DNA of 48,448 nucleotides. Origin: an uncultured Candidatus Saccharibacteria bacterium (GTDB lineage Bacteria; Patescibacteriota; Minisyncoccia; Phycocordibacterales; UBA9973). The stretch lies in NCBI GenBank assembly GCA_964446475.1, contig CAYUOT010000001.1:1-48448 (forward strand), read 5' to 3'. This document shows, piece by piece, positions 32,983 through 41,246 of the stretch. The number at the start of each line of letters is the position of its first letter. Position 1 is the stretch's first letter. The notes beneath the pieces were generated by a model. That model searched no databases, was not told where the DNA came from, and worked only from the letters and a program-made list of their open reading frames with translations. Position numbers and translations under genes: made by a program.

Positions 32983-35655
32983 TTATTTAATTAATTTCTT
33001 TTTTGTTTTTAAATCTTTCTTATTTGCATCAACAGAGATGTTTCCATCTTCATTCAAATAAACATAAACTGTTTTTATTTTTCCTGTTAGACTTTTTATT
33101 ATTAACCCAGCAATAGGGTTAAGTATTTTATCTTGGATTAATCTTGAAATTGGCCTAGCTCCATAATGTGGGTCATAACCTTCTTTTGCTACATAGTCCA
33201 AAACCTTTTCATCTATATCTAGTAATATTCCTTTACCTAGAAGTCTTTTAGTAATAATATTTATTCTTAAATCTACTATCTTCCTTATATTTTCCATAGA
33301 AAGAGTATCAAAAACAAGAACATCATCTAACCTATTTAAAAATTCTGGCCTAAAATAATCTTTGAGTGATTCTAGCACTTTATCTTTTGTTTGTTCATAT
33401 TCTTCTTTTTTTGTGTTATTAGTAAAACCTAAAGTCTCCATCTTTTCTATAAACTGAGATCCTATATTTGATGTTAAAATTATTATTGTATTTTTAAAAT
33501 TAACGACTCTTCCCTTTCCATCAGTCAAACGTCCCTCATCTAATACCTGAAGAAGTATGTTAAATATTTCAGGATGTGCTTTTTCTATTTCATCAAATAA
33601 AATAACAGAATATGGTCTATGACGGACAGCTTCTGTTAAACTACCAGATTCATCATAACCAACATATCCAGGAGGAGAGCCTACAAGTTTAGACACACTA
33701 TGTCTTTCCATATACTCACTCATATCAACTCTTATTAAAGCTTTTTCATCATCAAACATAAATTCAGCTAGTGCTTTTGTTAATTCTGTTTTACCAACAC
33801 CAGTAGGTCCCAAAAAAATAAATGAACCTATCGGTTTATTGGGATCAGAAATACCAACACGATTCAAGCGAACAATATTTGATATTTTTTCAATGGCACC
33901 ATCTTGACCAATAACTCTATTTCTAAGAATATCTTCCATCATTGATAACTTTTTTCTTTCTTCTTCCATCATCTTGTTTACAGGAACGCCTGTCCAACGA
34001 GAAACAACAAAAGCAATATCATCTGTAGTAATATCTTCTTTCAAAATTCTTCTAGATTTTTGAAGTTTTTTGAGTTTAACTAACTTTGATTCTAATTTAG
34101 ATTGAAATTCAGGTATTTTCCCATAACGAATTTCTGCAGCAAGAGCAAGATCCGACTTCATTTCAGCAGCCTCACCTTCTATTCTCAAAGATTCCAATTC
34201 TTTTTTTATTTTACGAATTTCAACAACTATTTCTTTTTCATTGTTCCATTTAAGTTCTAACTCTCTTGTTTTTTCTTTAAGATTAGCTATTTCTTTATCT
34301 ATGTCTTTGACTCTATCTTTGGCATGCTTATTATTTTCACTTCTTGAAATTTCTTTTGAAAGAGCTTCTTTTTCAATTTCAAAACGCATAATTTTTCTAT
34401 GAGCCTCTTCTAATTCTTGAGGTTTATTTTCCAGAGCAAGACGTAATGATGAAGATGCTTCATCTATCAAATCAACGGCTTTATCTGGAAGATATCTATT
34501 TGTTATATATCTAGAACTTAAATTTACCGCAGAAATTATTGCATCATCTGTAATGCGAACTCCATGGAATAATTCATATTTTTCTTTTAATCCTCTAAGT
34601 ATAGCAATCGCATCATCTATATTGGGTTCATCTATATAAACCGGTTGGAAACGACGAGCCAATGCTGGATCTTTTTCTATATATTTTTGATATTCCTTAA
34701 GAGTTGTTGCTCCTATCGCTCTGAGCTCTCCTCTTGCAAGAGCTGGTTTTAACATATTTGAAGCATCAAGAGACCCTTCTGAACTACCAGCACCAACAAT
34801 AGTATGGATTTCATCGATAAAAAGGATAATCTTTCCGTCCATCTTTTCTATTTCTTTCATTATACCTCTCAATCTCTCTTCAAATTCTCCTCTATATTTT
34901 GTTCCAGATAAAAGAAGCCCTAGATCTAAAGAAACTATCTCTTTGTCTTTTAAACTTTCTGGGACGTCATTTTTAGCTATACGAATAGCTAAAGCTTCTG
35001 CTACGGCTGTTTTACCTGTTCCTGCTTCACCAATCAAAATTGGATTATTTTTGGTCCTACGAGAAAGAATCTGCATCATTCTCATTATTTCTCCATCTCT
35101 ACCTATAACAGGATCAAGCTTGTCTTGTCTTGCAAGATCTGTAAGATTGCGCGTAAACTTTATAAGAAGCTTAGGTTTTTTAGGTAAATTAATCTCCCCT
35201 TCTTTTTTGTTATCACGAAAAATTCCTAAAATCTCAATTATTTTTTCTTTATTAATTTTAAAACGCATTAATAAATTTTTAGCTTCTCCTTCAATTTCCA
35301 ATAGAGATAAAAATAAATGCTCTGTGCCAACAAATTCATCTTTTAAAGAAGTAGCGACTTTTACAGAGTTTTCTATTGCCTGAGCTAGATCAGGAGTAAG
35401 ATAAATTTGGTATGAAGGAGATACGGTGTTCCTGCTCTCTGGAGACTCTATCATTTCATCCAAATTATCAAATAAAAGATTTGTATCAATATCTATTTTG
35501 TCTAAAATAGATACAATAAGAGAATCTTCTTGTATTAAAAGGGCTGTTAATAAATGCAAAGAATTGACATGGTTTTCTCCACGCTCTATAGCTAACTCAT
35601 GAGCTTTCCTTATCACTTCTTTTGCTTTAGTTGTAAAATGATTAAATGGTGGCAT
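32983..35655 (-). CDS. clpB: ATP-dependent chaperone ClpB
   Basis: Clp N domain, two AAA+ modules (GEAGTGKT, GPTGVGKT) and a long M-domain coiled coil between them. Confidence 0.95.
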   Translation of the reverse strand: MPPFNHFTTKAKEVIRKAHELAIERGENHVNSLHLLTALLIQEDSLIVSILDKIDIDTNLLFDNLDEMIESPESRNTVSPSYQIYLTPDLAQAIENSVKVATSLKDEFVGTEHLFLSLLEIEGEAKNLLMRFKINKEKIIEILGIFRDNKKEGEINLPKKPKLLIKFTRNLTDLARQDKLDPVIGRDGEIMRMMQILSRRTKNNPILIGEAGTGKTAVAEALAIRIAKNDVPESLKDKEIVSLDLGLLLSGTKYRGEFEERLRGIMKEIEKMDGKIILFIDEIHTIVGAGSSEGSLDASNMLKPALARGELRAIGATTLKEYQKYIEKDPALARRFQPVYIDEPNIDDAIAILRGLKEKYELFHGVRITDDAIISAVNLSSRYITNRYLPDKAVDLIDEASSSLRLALENKPQELEEAHRKIMRFEIEKEALSKEISRSENNKHAKDRVKDIDKEIANLKEKTRELELKWNNEKEIVVEIRKIKKELESLRIEGEAAEMKSDLALAAEIRYGKIPEFQSKLESKLVKLKKLQKSRRILKEDITTDDIAFVVSRWTGVPVNKMMEEERKKLSMMEDILRNRVIGQDGAIEKISNIVRLNRVGISDPNKPIGSFIFLGPTGVGKTELTKALAEFMFDDEKALIRVDMSEYMERHSVSKLVGSPPGYVGYDESGSLTEAVRHRPYSVILFDEIEKAHPEIFNILLQVLDEGRLTDGKGRVVNFKNTIIILTSNIGSQFIEKMETLGFTNNTKKEEYEQTKDKVLESLKDYFRPEFLNRLDDVLVFDTLSMENIRKIVDLRINIITKRLLGKGILLDIDEKVLDYVAKEGYDPHYGARPISRLIQDKILNPIAGLIIKSLTGKIKTVYVYLNEDGNISVDANKKDLKTKKKLIK

Positions 35656-35733
35656 ATTTTTTAATTTAAATAAAAATTAATAATACAATAAATGTGGCTA
35701 GGACAGATTAACACAAATCAATAAAATAATGAA

Positions 35734-36309
35734 TTAATTTTCTTCTTTTTCTTGAGGAGCCTCAATATTACTATCTAATTCTTTTTTATCATCTATTTTT
35801 TTATCTTCATTGTCTGAACTATTATTATTTTTTGATTCATTTACTATTTTTAAAATAATAAATCCATTTTCAAATTTTTTTAAAACAATAGAATTAAATT
35901 TTACATCCCCCAATTCTACTAAATAATTATCTTCTCCTTTATCAATTATACTATTATCAACTAAAATAAGTCCCACATCAGAAACTAAAACACCTTCACC
36001 TAGCAATTTTTCTTCATTAGAAAAATTAGAATAGACTTTCACTAAAATATCTCCTTCTATCATAGAAACAGTATCTTTGCCTTTGTTTTCTATAACACTA
36101 TCTATAACTTTTGCATCTTCTGAAACTGTTGTTACTTTTTCTATTGTTCTTTGTATTACATTATTTACAGTATAAGGCACGCTTTTTGGGGCTTGATTCA
36201 TTAAAGAAACGGTAACAATCCCAGTTGCAATAGACACAACAAAAGTTATTAATAAGGTAACCAAAATAAGCTGATGTTTATTGAGTTCTTTAATATCTTT
36301 ATTTTCCAT
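35734..36309 (-). CDS. hypothetical membrane-anchored protein
   Basis: 191 aa, one N-terminal TM, acidic/Asn-rich C terminus. No recognisable domain. Confidence 0.55.
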   Translation of the reverse strand: MENKDIKELNKHQLILVTLLITFVVSIATGIVTVSLMNQAPKSVPYTVNNVIQRTIEKVTTVSEDAKVIDSVIENKGKDTVSMIEGDILVKVYSNFSNEEKLLGEGVLVSDVGLILVDNSIIDKGEDNYLVELGDVKFNSIVLKKFENGFIILKIVNESKNNNSSDNEDKKIDDKKELDSNIEAPQEKEEN

Positions 36310-36350
36310 GTTTTCTATTATAACACAATATTAATTATGAAAATATAAAC

Positions 36351-37616
36351 TTAAGTATTTTTAAAATTCTTATATTTCAAAAGTATTTTTTCTAAAGATG
36401 AAACTAAATAATCTATATCTCTTTTTATAGTATGGCGACCAAGAGAAATACGAATAGATCCAGAATTTTCACCAGAGCCTGTTTCGGAATTTTCTGCTGT
36501 TCGTATTGCTTTGATAACATAAGACCCTCCATCTTCTCCACTCTGACAAGCACTTTTTTCTGAAACACATATTCCTTTTGCGTCTAATTCTACAACAATA
36601 AGCTCACTTGATAATCCTATTATTGAAATATTTATATTGTTTGGCAATCTTTTTTCCCTATCTCCATTTAAAATTATTTCGTATCCGATTTTTTTAAGCC
36701 CCAGTATTCTATCTATTGCATAGTTTCTTATTTTTATAAGTCTTTTACTTTCTTTTTCTTTAATTTTTTCTGTAATATCGAGAGCTTTTGTAGCACCAAC
36801 AATATTTGCTAAATTTTCTGTTCCTGATCTTAATCCAAATTCTTGCCCTCCTCCACCGTAAATATTAGAAATTTTTACTATCCTTTTTTTATATAAAAAT
36901 CCAACACCTTTTGGCCCATAAATTTTTGAACTATTAAAAGACATCATATCTACACCCAGTTTTTCAATATTTGATATAAATAAATAATTTATTGCCTGAC
37001 ATGCATCTGTATGAAAAATCGGAAAATTAGTGTTAATAGAAAAGAAATCAGAAGATACCTTTTCCAATTTTTGTTTTCTAAAATGCCTTATTTCTTTTGC
37101 AATTTCTTGTATGGGCTCAATTGTTCCTATTTCGTTGTTAGCATAAATAACAGAAACAAGAATGGTATTTTCTTTTAAAGCATTTCTTATATCTTTTGAA
37201 TTTATCAAACCATCTCTATCTGGATTCACATAAGTTATTTCCGCCAGGCCTTTATTTTCCAAAAATTTACAATTTTCAAGAACAGCCGGGTGCTCTATCG
37301 AAGTAGTTACTATATGTGGAACACAATTATTATTTAAAGAATGAAAATTATAAATAATTCCCAAAATGGCCAAAGCATCACTCTCTGTTCCGCTCCCTGT
37401 AAAAATTATTTCACTGTTATGAGCATTTATATGTCTCGCTATTTTATTTCTACAATCAAATAAAATATTATTTGCATTAATCCCATAAGAATGTATCGAA
37501 CTAGGATTAGCAAAATCCTTGCTTAAATTTTTAATAATATCTTTTAACACAATTCTATCTATTGGAGTTGATGCTGCATTGTCTAAATATATTATTTTCT
37601 TTTTCTTAAACATCAT
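36351..37616 (-). CDS. cysteine desulfurase (class V aminotransferase, NifS/IscS-like)
   Basis: YLDNAASTP, HTDACQA, SSKIYGPKGVG (PLP Lys) and SACQSG (catalytic Cys loop). Confidence 0.9.
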   Translation of the reverse strand: MMFKKKKIIYLDNAASTPIDRIVLKDIIKNLSKDFANPSSIHSYGINANNILFDCRNKIARHINAHNSEIIFTGSGTESDALAILGIIYNFHSLNNNCVPHIVTTSIEHPAVLENCKFLENKGLAEITYVNPDRDGLINSKDIRNALKENTILVSVIYANNEIGTIEPIQEIAKEIRHFRKQKLEKVSSDFFSINTNFPIFHTDACQAINYLFISNIEKLGVDMMSFNSSKIYGPKGVGFLYKKRIVKISNIYGGGGQEFGLRSGTENLANIVGATKALDITEKIKEKESKRLIKIRNYAIDRILGLKKIGYEIILNGDREKRLPNNINISIIGLSSELIVVELDAKGICVSEKSACQSGEDGGSYVIKAIRTAENSETGSGENSGSIRISLGRHTIKRDIDYLVSSLEKILLKYKNFKNT

Positions 37617-37637
37617 AATTATAATAATAACATACAG

Positions 37638-37666
37638 TTGTAAAAAAAGCCTTATTAGTATATACT
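37638..37666 (+). promoter_or_regulatory. promoter of the DUF4446-infB-rbfA operon
   Basis: TTGTAA (37638-37643), 17 nt, TATACT (37661-37666), 10 nt upstream of ATG 37677. Confidence 0.6.
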
Positions 37667-37676
37667 CTTTAGAGTT

Positions 37677-38126
37677 ATGATAAATTCTATTTTGATATAT
37701 ATATTATCTTTTGTTGTACTAGTCCTAATTATATGGATTATTTATACAGAGGCCAGATTTAAAAAGTTTTTTGCAGGGACAAAGGCTAAAGACCTTGAAG
37801 AGGTAATGACCACAATAAACAAACAAATGGAAGAAATATCCTCTCTACAAATTAAAATTAACAAACACCTATCTATAGTAGATAAAAGATTAGATCAAAA
37901 TATCAGAAATATTGAAACAATTAGATTTAATCCTTTTGGGGATGCTGGAAGTAATCAAAGTTTTGCAATGTCATTTTTAAATGACGAAGGGAACGGAGTA
38001 ATAGTTTCTAGTTTATATGCAAGAGATAGAATGAGCATATTTGCTAAACCTATAAAAAACGGTAAATCTGATTTTGATTTATCTAATGAAGAAAAAGAAG
38101 TATTAAATAAATCAATAAAAAAATAA
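37677..38126 (+). CDS. DUF4446 family protein
   Basis: N-terminal TM. RFNPFGDAGSNQSFAMSFLNDEGNGVIVSSLYARD is characteristic of this family. Confidence 0.8.
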   Translation: MINSILIYILSFVVLVLIIWIIYTEARFKKFFAGTKAKDLEEVMTTINKQMEEISSLQIKINKHLSIVDKRLDQNIRNIETIRFNPFGDAGSNQSFAMSFLNDEGNGVIVSSLYARDRMSIFAKPIKNGKSDFDLSNEEKEVLNKSIKK

Positions 38127-38127
38127 A

Positions 38128-39642
38128 ATGAATAAAAATAATGAAAAAAATAATGAAATATCAAGATCTCCAGTAGTTGTTGTTATGGGTCATGTTGATC
38201 ATGGAAAATCAACACTTCTTGATTATATTCGTAAAACTAATATTGTCTCATGTGAAGCTGGAGGTATTACTCAATGTATAAGTGCATATGAAGTAAACCA
38301 CAAAACTGAAAATGGAGAAACAAAAACAATAACATTTTTAGACACACCTGGACATGAAGCTTTTTCTAAAATGAGAGAAAGAGGTGCTAGTGCGGCTGAT
38401 ATTGCTATTTTAGTGGTTTCTGCAGAAGACAGTGTAAAAGCACAAACAATCGAAGCATACAATACAATAATAGAAAGCAAAACTCCATATATTGTTGCAA
38501 TAAACAAAATAGATAGACCAAATGCAAATATAGAAAAAACAAAAATGGATTTGGCAGAAAAAGGCATCTATTTAGAAGGAATGGGTGGGGATATTTCCTA
38601 TGTATTAATATCGGCAAAAGAAGGGACAGGAATAAATGAATTACTAGATATGATAATTCTAGTTTCAGATATGGAAAACTTTACTGGAACAAAAGAAAAA
38701 AATGCTAGTGGAGTAATAATAGAATCAAAAAGAGACCCACAAAGAGGAGTTTCTGCTTCTTGTATTATTAAAAATGGAACATTAAAACAAGGAATGTTTG
38801 TTGTATCAGGAGAATCAATAGTGTCTGTTAAAATGATGGAAAGTTTTTTAGGCAAGCCAATAAAAGAAGCGACTTTTTCATCCCCAATTCGCCTAACAGG
38901 ATTTGATAATATTCCAGAAGTAGGTAGTGAATTCAATTCTTTTGACTCAAAAAAAGAAGCAGAAAATTATATAAAGGAAATAAAAGAAATAAATAATAAT
39001 TTAAACTCAAAAAATAAAAAAGAAGAATTGGATGCCCAAAAAACTATTCCGATAATTATAAAAACAGATGTTTCTGGATCTGTCGAAGCAATAGAAAAAG
39101 AAATTAGTAAAATAAACAATGAAGAATTATCTTATAAGATAATATTATCTGGAGTGGGTGCTATAAATGAAAATGATTTAAAAATGGCAAGTATCAATAA
39201 AGATAGTCTTGTGCTTGGTTTTAATGTAAAAATAGAAAATGGAGCTAGAGATTTAAATGAGTCACTAAAAGTAAAAACTGAAATTTTTAATATCATTTAT
39301 AAATTAACAGACTTCCTAAAGGAAACTGCTGAAGAAAAAAGACCTAGACAAGAAACAACTGAAGTTTTAGGTGGACTAAAAGTATTGAAAACTTTTGGAG
39401 AAACAAAAGGCAAACAAGTCATAGGAGGAAAAGTTATAAACGGTAAAATTTCACAAAATTCAAATGTAAGAATAATTAGAAGAGATCATGAAATTGGTAT
39501 AGGAAAAATTGCTGAAATACAAACAAATAAAATTAAAGTTAAAGATGTAGAAGAAAATTGCGAGTGCGGTATTCTTATTGATTCAAAAATAGAAATAGCT
39601 GGGGGTGATGTATTAGAAGCATTTATAATAACCTTTAAATAA
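38128..39642 (+). CDS. infB: translation initiation factor IF-2 (no N-terminal domains)
   Basis: The G domain starts at residue 14 (PVVVVMGHVDHGKSTLLD, DTPGHEAF, NKID). Followed by domains II, C1 and C2. Confidence 0.95.
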   Translation: MNKNNEKNNEISRSPVVVVMGHVDHGKSTLLDYIRKTNIVSCEAGGITQCISAYEVNHKTENGETKTITFLDTPGHEAFSKMRERGASAADIAILVVSAEDSVKAQTIEAYNTIIESKTPYIVAINKIDRPNANIEKTKMDLAEKGIYLEGMGGDISYVLISAKEGTGINELLDMIILVSDMENFTGTKEKNASGVIIESKRDPQRGVSASCIIKNGTLKQGMFVVSGESIVSVKMMESFLGKPIKEATFSSPIRLTGFDNIPEVGSEFNSFDSKKEAENYIKEIKEINNNLNSKNKKEELDAQKTIPIIIKTDVSGSVEAIEKEISKINNEELSYKIILSGVGAINENDLKMASINKDSLVLGFNVKIENGARDLNESLKVKTEIFNIIYKLTDFLKETAEEKRPRQETTEVLGGLKVLKTFGETKGKQVIGGKVINGKISQNSNVRIIRRDHEIGIGKIAEIQTNKIKVKDVEENCECGILIDSKIEIAGGDVLEAFIITFK

Positions 39643-39646
39643 TAAA

Positions 39647-39970
39647 ATGGCTGAATTTAGAAAAGAAAAAATTAAAGAAAGAATAAGAGAATTATCTGCA
39701 ATGTTTATAGAAAAAGAAGCCGGTAGAACATCTCTAATAACAATAACAAGAATAGAAATGTCCCCAGACGATAAGAAAGCTAAAATAATGATTAGTGTTC
39801 TTCCCCGTGAAAAAGAAAAGGCAGCTTATGGATTTATCAAAAGAAATCTTGGAGATCTTCGTAAATATATTTCAAAAAATCTAAAAATAAACCCAATCCC
39901 CTATTTAGATGTTTCTATTGATGAAGGGGAAAAAAATAGACAAAAAATTGACGACCTACTTAGAGGATAA
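39647..39970 (+). CDS. rbfA: ribosome-binding factor A
   Basis: 107 aa downstream of infB, with an RbfA KH-like pattern (ITRIEMSPDDKKAKI). Confidence 0.88.
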   Translation: MAEFRKEKIKERIRELSAMFIEKEAGRTSLITITRIEMSPDDKKAKIMISVLPREKEKAAYGFIKRNLGDLRKYISKNLKINPIPYLDVSIDEGEKNRQKIDDLLRG

Positions 39971-40006
39971 TTTCTAGCAAAAAATAAAATTTTTTGCTAG
40001 GATATG

Positions 40007-40038
40007 TTAATATAAAATAAGGCGTGGTAGCCAAGTGG
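40007..40038. repeat. direct repeat copy 1: 14 nt of leader plus the first 18 nt of tRNA-Cys
   Basis: TTAATATAAAATAAGGCGTGGTAGCCAAGTGG is identical to 40116-40147. Confidence 0.9.
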
Positions 40039-40129
40039 CATGAGCGAAGCGAAAATGAATAAGACAGAGAAAGATCTCTGCTGTAAATAAAATAAAAAGA
40101 TATCGATAGGAAAAATTAATATAAAATAA

Positions 40130-40201
40130 GGCGTGGTAGCCAAGTGGTAAGGCAGAGATCTGCAAAATCTCCATACGGCGGTTCAATTCCGCCCCACGCC
40201 T
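40130..40201 (+). tRNA. tRNA-Cys (anticodon GCA)
   Basis: Acceptor GGCGTGG/CCACGCC, discriminator T, anticodon loop CTGCAAA, T arm GGCGG-TTCAATT-CCGCC. Confidence 0.93.
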
Positions 40202-40202
40202 C

Positions 40203-40230
40203 AAAAAAAAGAGGGTAAAACCCTCTTTTC
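40203..40230. terminator. bidirectional terminator (tRNA-Cys and the minus-strand membrane gene)
   Basis: A8, AGAGGG-TAAAA-CCCTCT, TTT. Confidence 0.75.
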
Positions 40231-40577
40231 TAAATTTTTTCTCTGTCAGGTGCCTGATTATTAAACAAACCAACTTGGATAAGGAGTAAAACAATTAATA
40301 CAAAAAGTAATAAACCAATATATCCTATCGATGTAAAGATAAGAGCAATCACCCAAGAAACAGCACCAAACAGATAAACAGATGCATTTTGAAATCCATT
40401 ATTAATTAAAGAAAATATCCCATGAATCAAAAATGAAAACGATACATAAAAAAACAACAAAAACCATGGATTTCTAATATTTTCAAAAGAAATAATAGAA
40501 ATTACATACAAAAAAGCAAGAATGCCTAAAATTAAATACGCAATTCGAAACCAGAATCTATAAATAAATCTTACCAT
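40230..40577 (-). CDS. hypothetical 4-TM membrane protein
   Basis: 115 aa, hydrophobic. Ends at the terminator. No family assigned. Confidence 0.55.
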   Translation of the reverse strand: MVRFIYRFWFRIAYLILGILAFLYVISIISFENIRNPWFLLFFYVSFSFLIHGIFSLINNGFQNASVYLFGAVSWVIALIFTSIGYIGLLLFVLIVLLLIQVGLFNNQAPDREKI

Positions 40578-40640
40578 GACTATAATAATTTAAATTAAAC
40601 ATTCAAAAAATTTAATATAACAATACTACTAAAATAAAAT

Positions 40641-40669
40641 TTGTCAATATAAAAATTTTTTGCTATAAT
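40641..40669 (+). promoter_or_regulatory. promoter of tRNA-Leu
   Basis: TTGTCA (40641-40646), 17 nt, TGcTATAAT (40661-40669), 13 nt upstream of the tRNA. Confidence 0.7.
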
Positions 40670-40682
40670 ATTCTCATAACAT

Positions 40683-40766
40683 GCTGGGGTGGCGAAATTG
40701 GTAGACGCACTTGCCTTAGGAGCAAGCGGAAGTGATTCCATGGAAGTTCAAGTCTTCTCCCCAGCA
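40683..40766 (+). tRNA. tRNA-Leu (anticodon TAG), long variable arm
   Basis: Acceptor GCTGGGG/CCCCAGC, anticodon stem-loop CTTGC-CTTAGGA-GCAAG, T loop TTCAAGT. Confidence 0.92.
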
Positions 40767-40964
40767 CAGATTAAAAATAAGTAACATTTTTACTTATTTT
40801 TTTGCTAAAGAAATAAGTAAAAAAAGAAAGATGATTATCCAATAAAAGATAGAAAAATAATGATTTTAGATAAAATCCCCTTTTAATATAAAACTCCTCA
40901 TTTTTAAATCAAATAAATTCACATATTTCAAATAATTCACAAGATTGCATTTATCTCTCTTTTG

Positions 40965-40979
40965 TGATACATTATATAT
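40965..40979 (+). promoter_or_regulatory. extended -10 element 6 nt upstream of the ATG (leaderless-type), with a -35 element
   Basis: TTGCAT (40945-40950), 17 nt, TGaTACATT (40965-40973), 6 nt, ATG 40980. Confidence 0.55.
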
Positions 40980-41213
40980 ATGACAATTATTGCTACTATA
41001 TTACCTTATATACAGATAACCCTTGCAATCATTTTGGTTGTTGCTGTTTTATTTCAGCACTCAGAAGCAGGAGCGGGAGGAGCCTTTGGTGGAGGCGACG
41101 GAGCTGGACTTCATCATACAAGACGTGGTTTTGAAAAATTTATATTTATAACAACAATCGTTATAGGTTCCCTTTTTGTAATGTCTGCAATAATTGCGAT
41201 ATTCATAAAATAA
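40980..41213 (+). CDS. secG: preprotein translocase subunit SecG
   Basis: 77 aa, two TM, with the Gly-rich loop LFQHSEAGAGGAFGGGDG. Confidence 0.85.
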   Translation: MTIIATILPYIQITLAIILVVAVLFQHSEAGAGGAFGGGDGAGLHHTRRGFEKFIFITTIVIGSLFVMSAIIAIFIK

Positions 41214-41234
41214 ACTATTTTTAAGGTTTATCTC

Positions 41235-41246
41235 TAAGATGCTTTT
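41235..41246 (+). promoter_or_regulatory. -10 element 6 nt upstream of the ATG (leaderless-type)
   Basis: TAAGAT (41235-41240), 6 nt, ATG 41247. Confidence 0.45.

Noticed and set aside
34943-35383. Long antisense ORFs inside conserved genes (34943-35383 in clpB, 6239-6634 in the ABC exporter, 38598-38936 in infB, 27928-28287 in rel, and others)
   Set aside because: Each is fully embedded antisense in a gene with strong family motifs. The Ser/Leu/Phe/Ile-rich translations are typical of the antisense frames of AT-rich genes.
40007-40294. ORF 40007-40294 (minus strand, 95 aa)
   Set aside because: It lies antisense across tRNA-Cys, the duplicated leader and the terminator, and has no coding-like composition.
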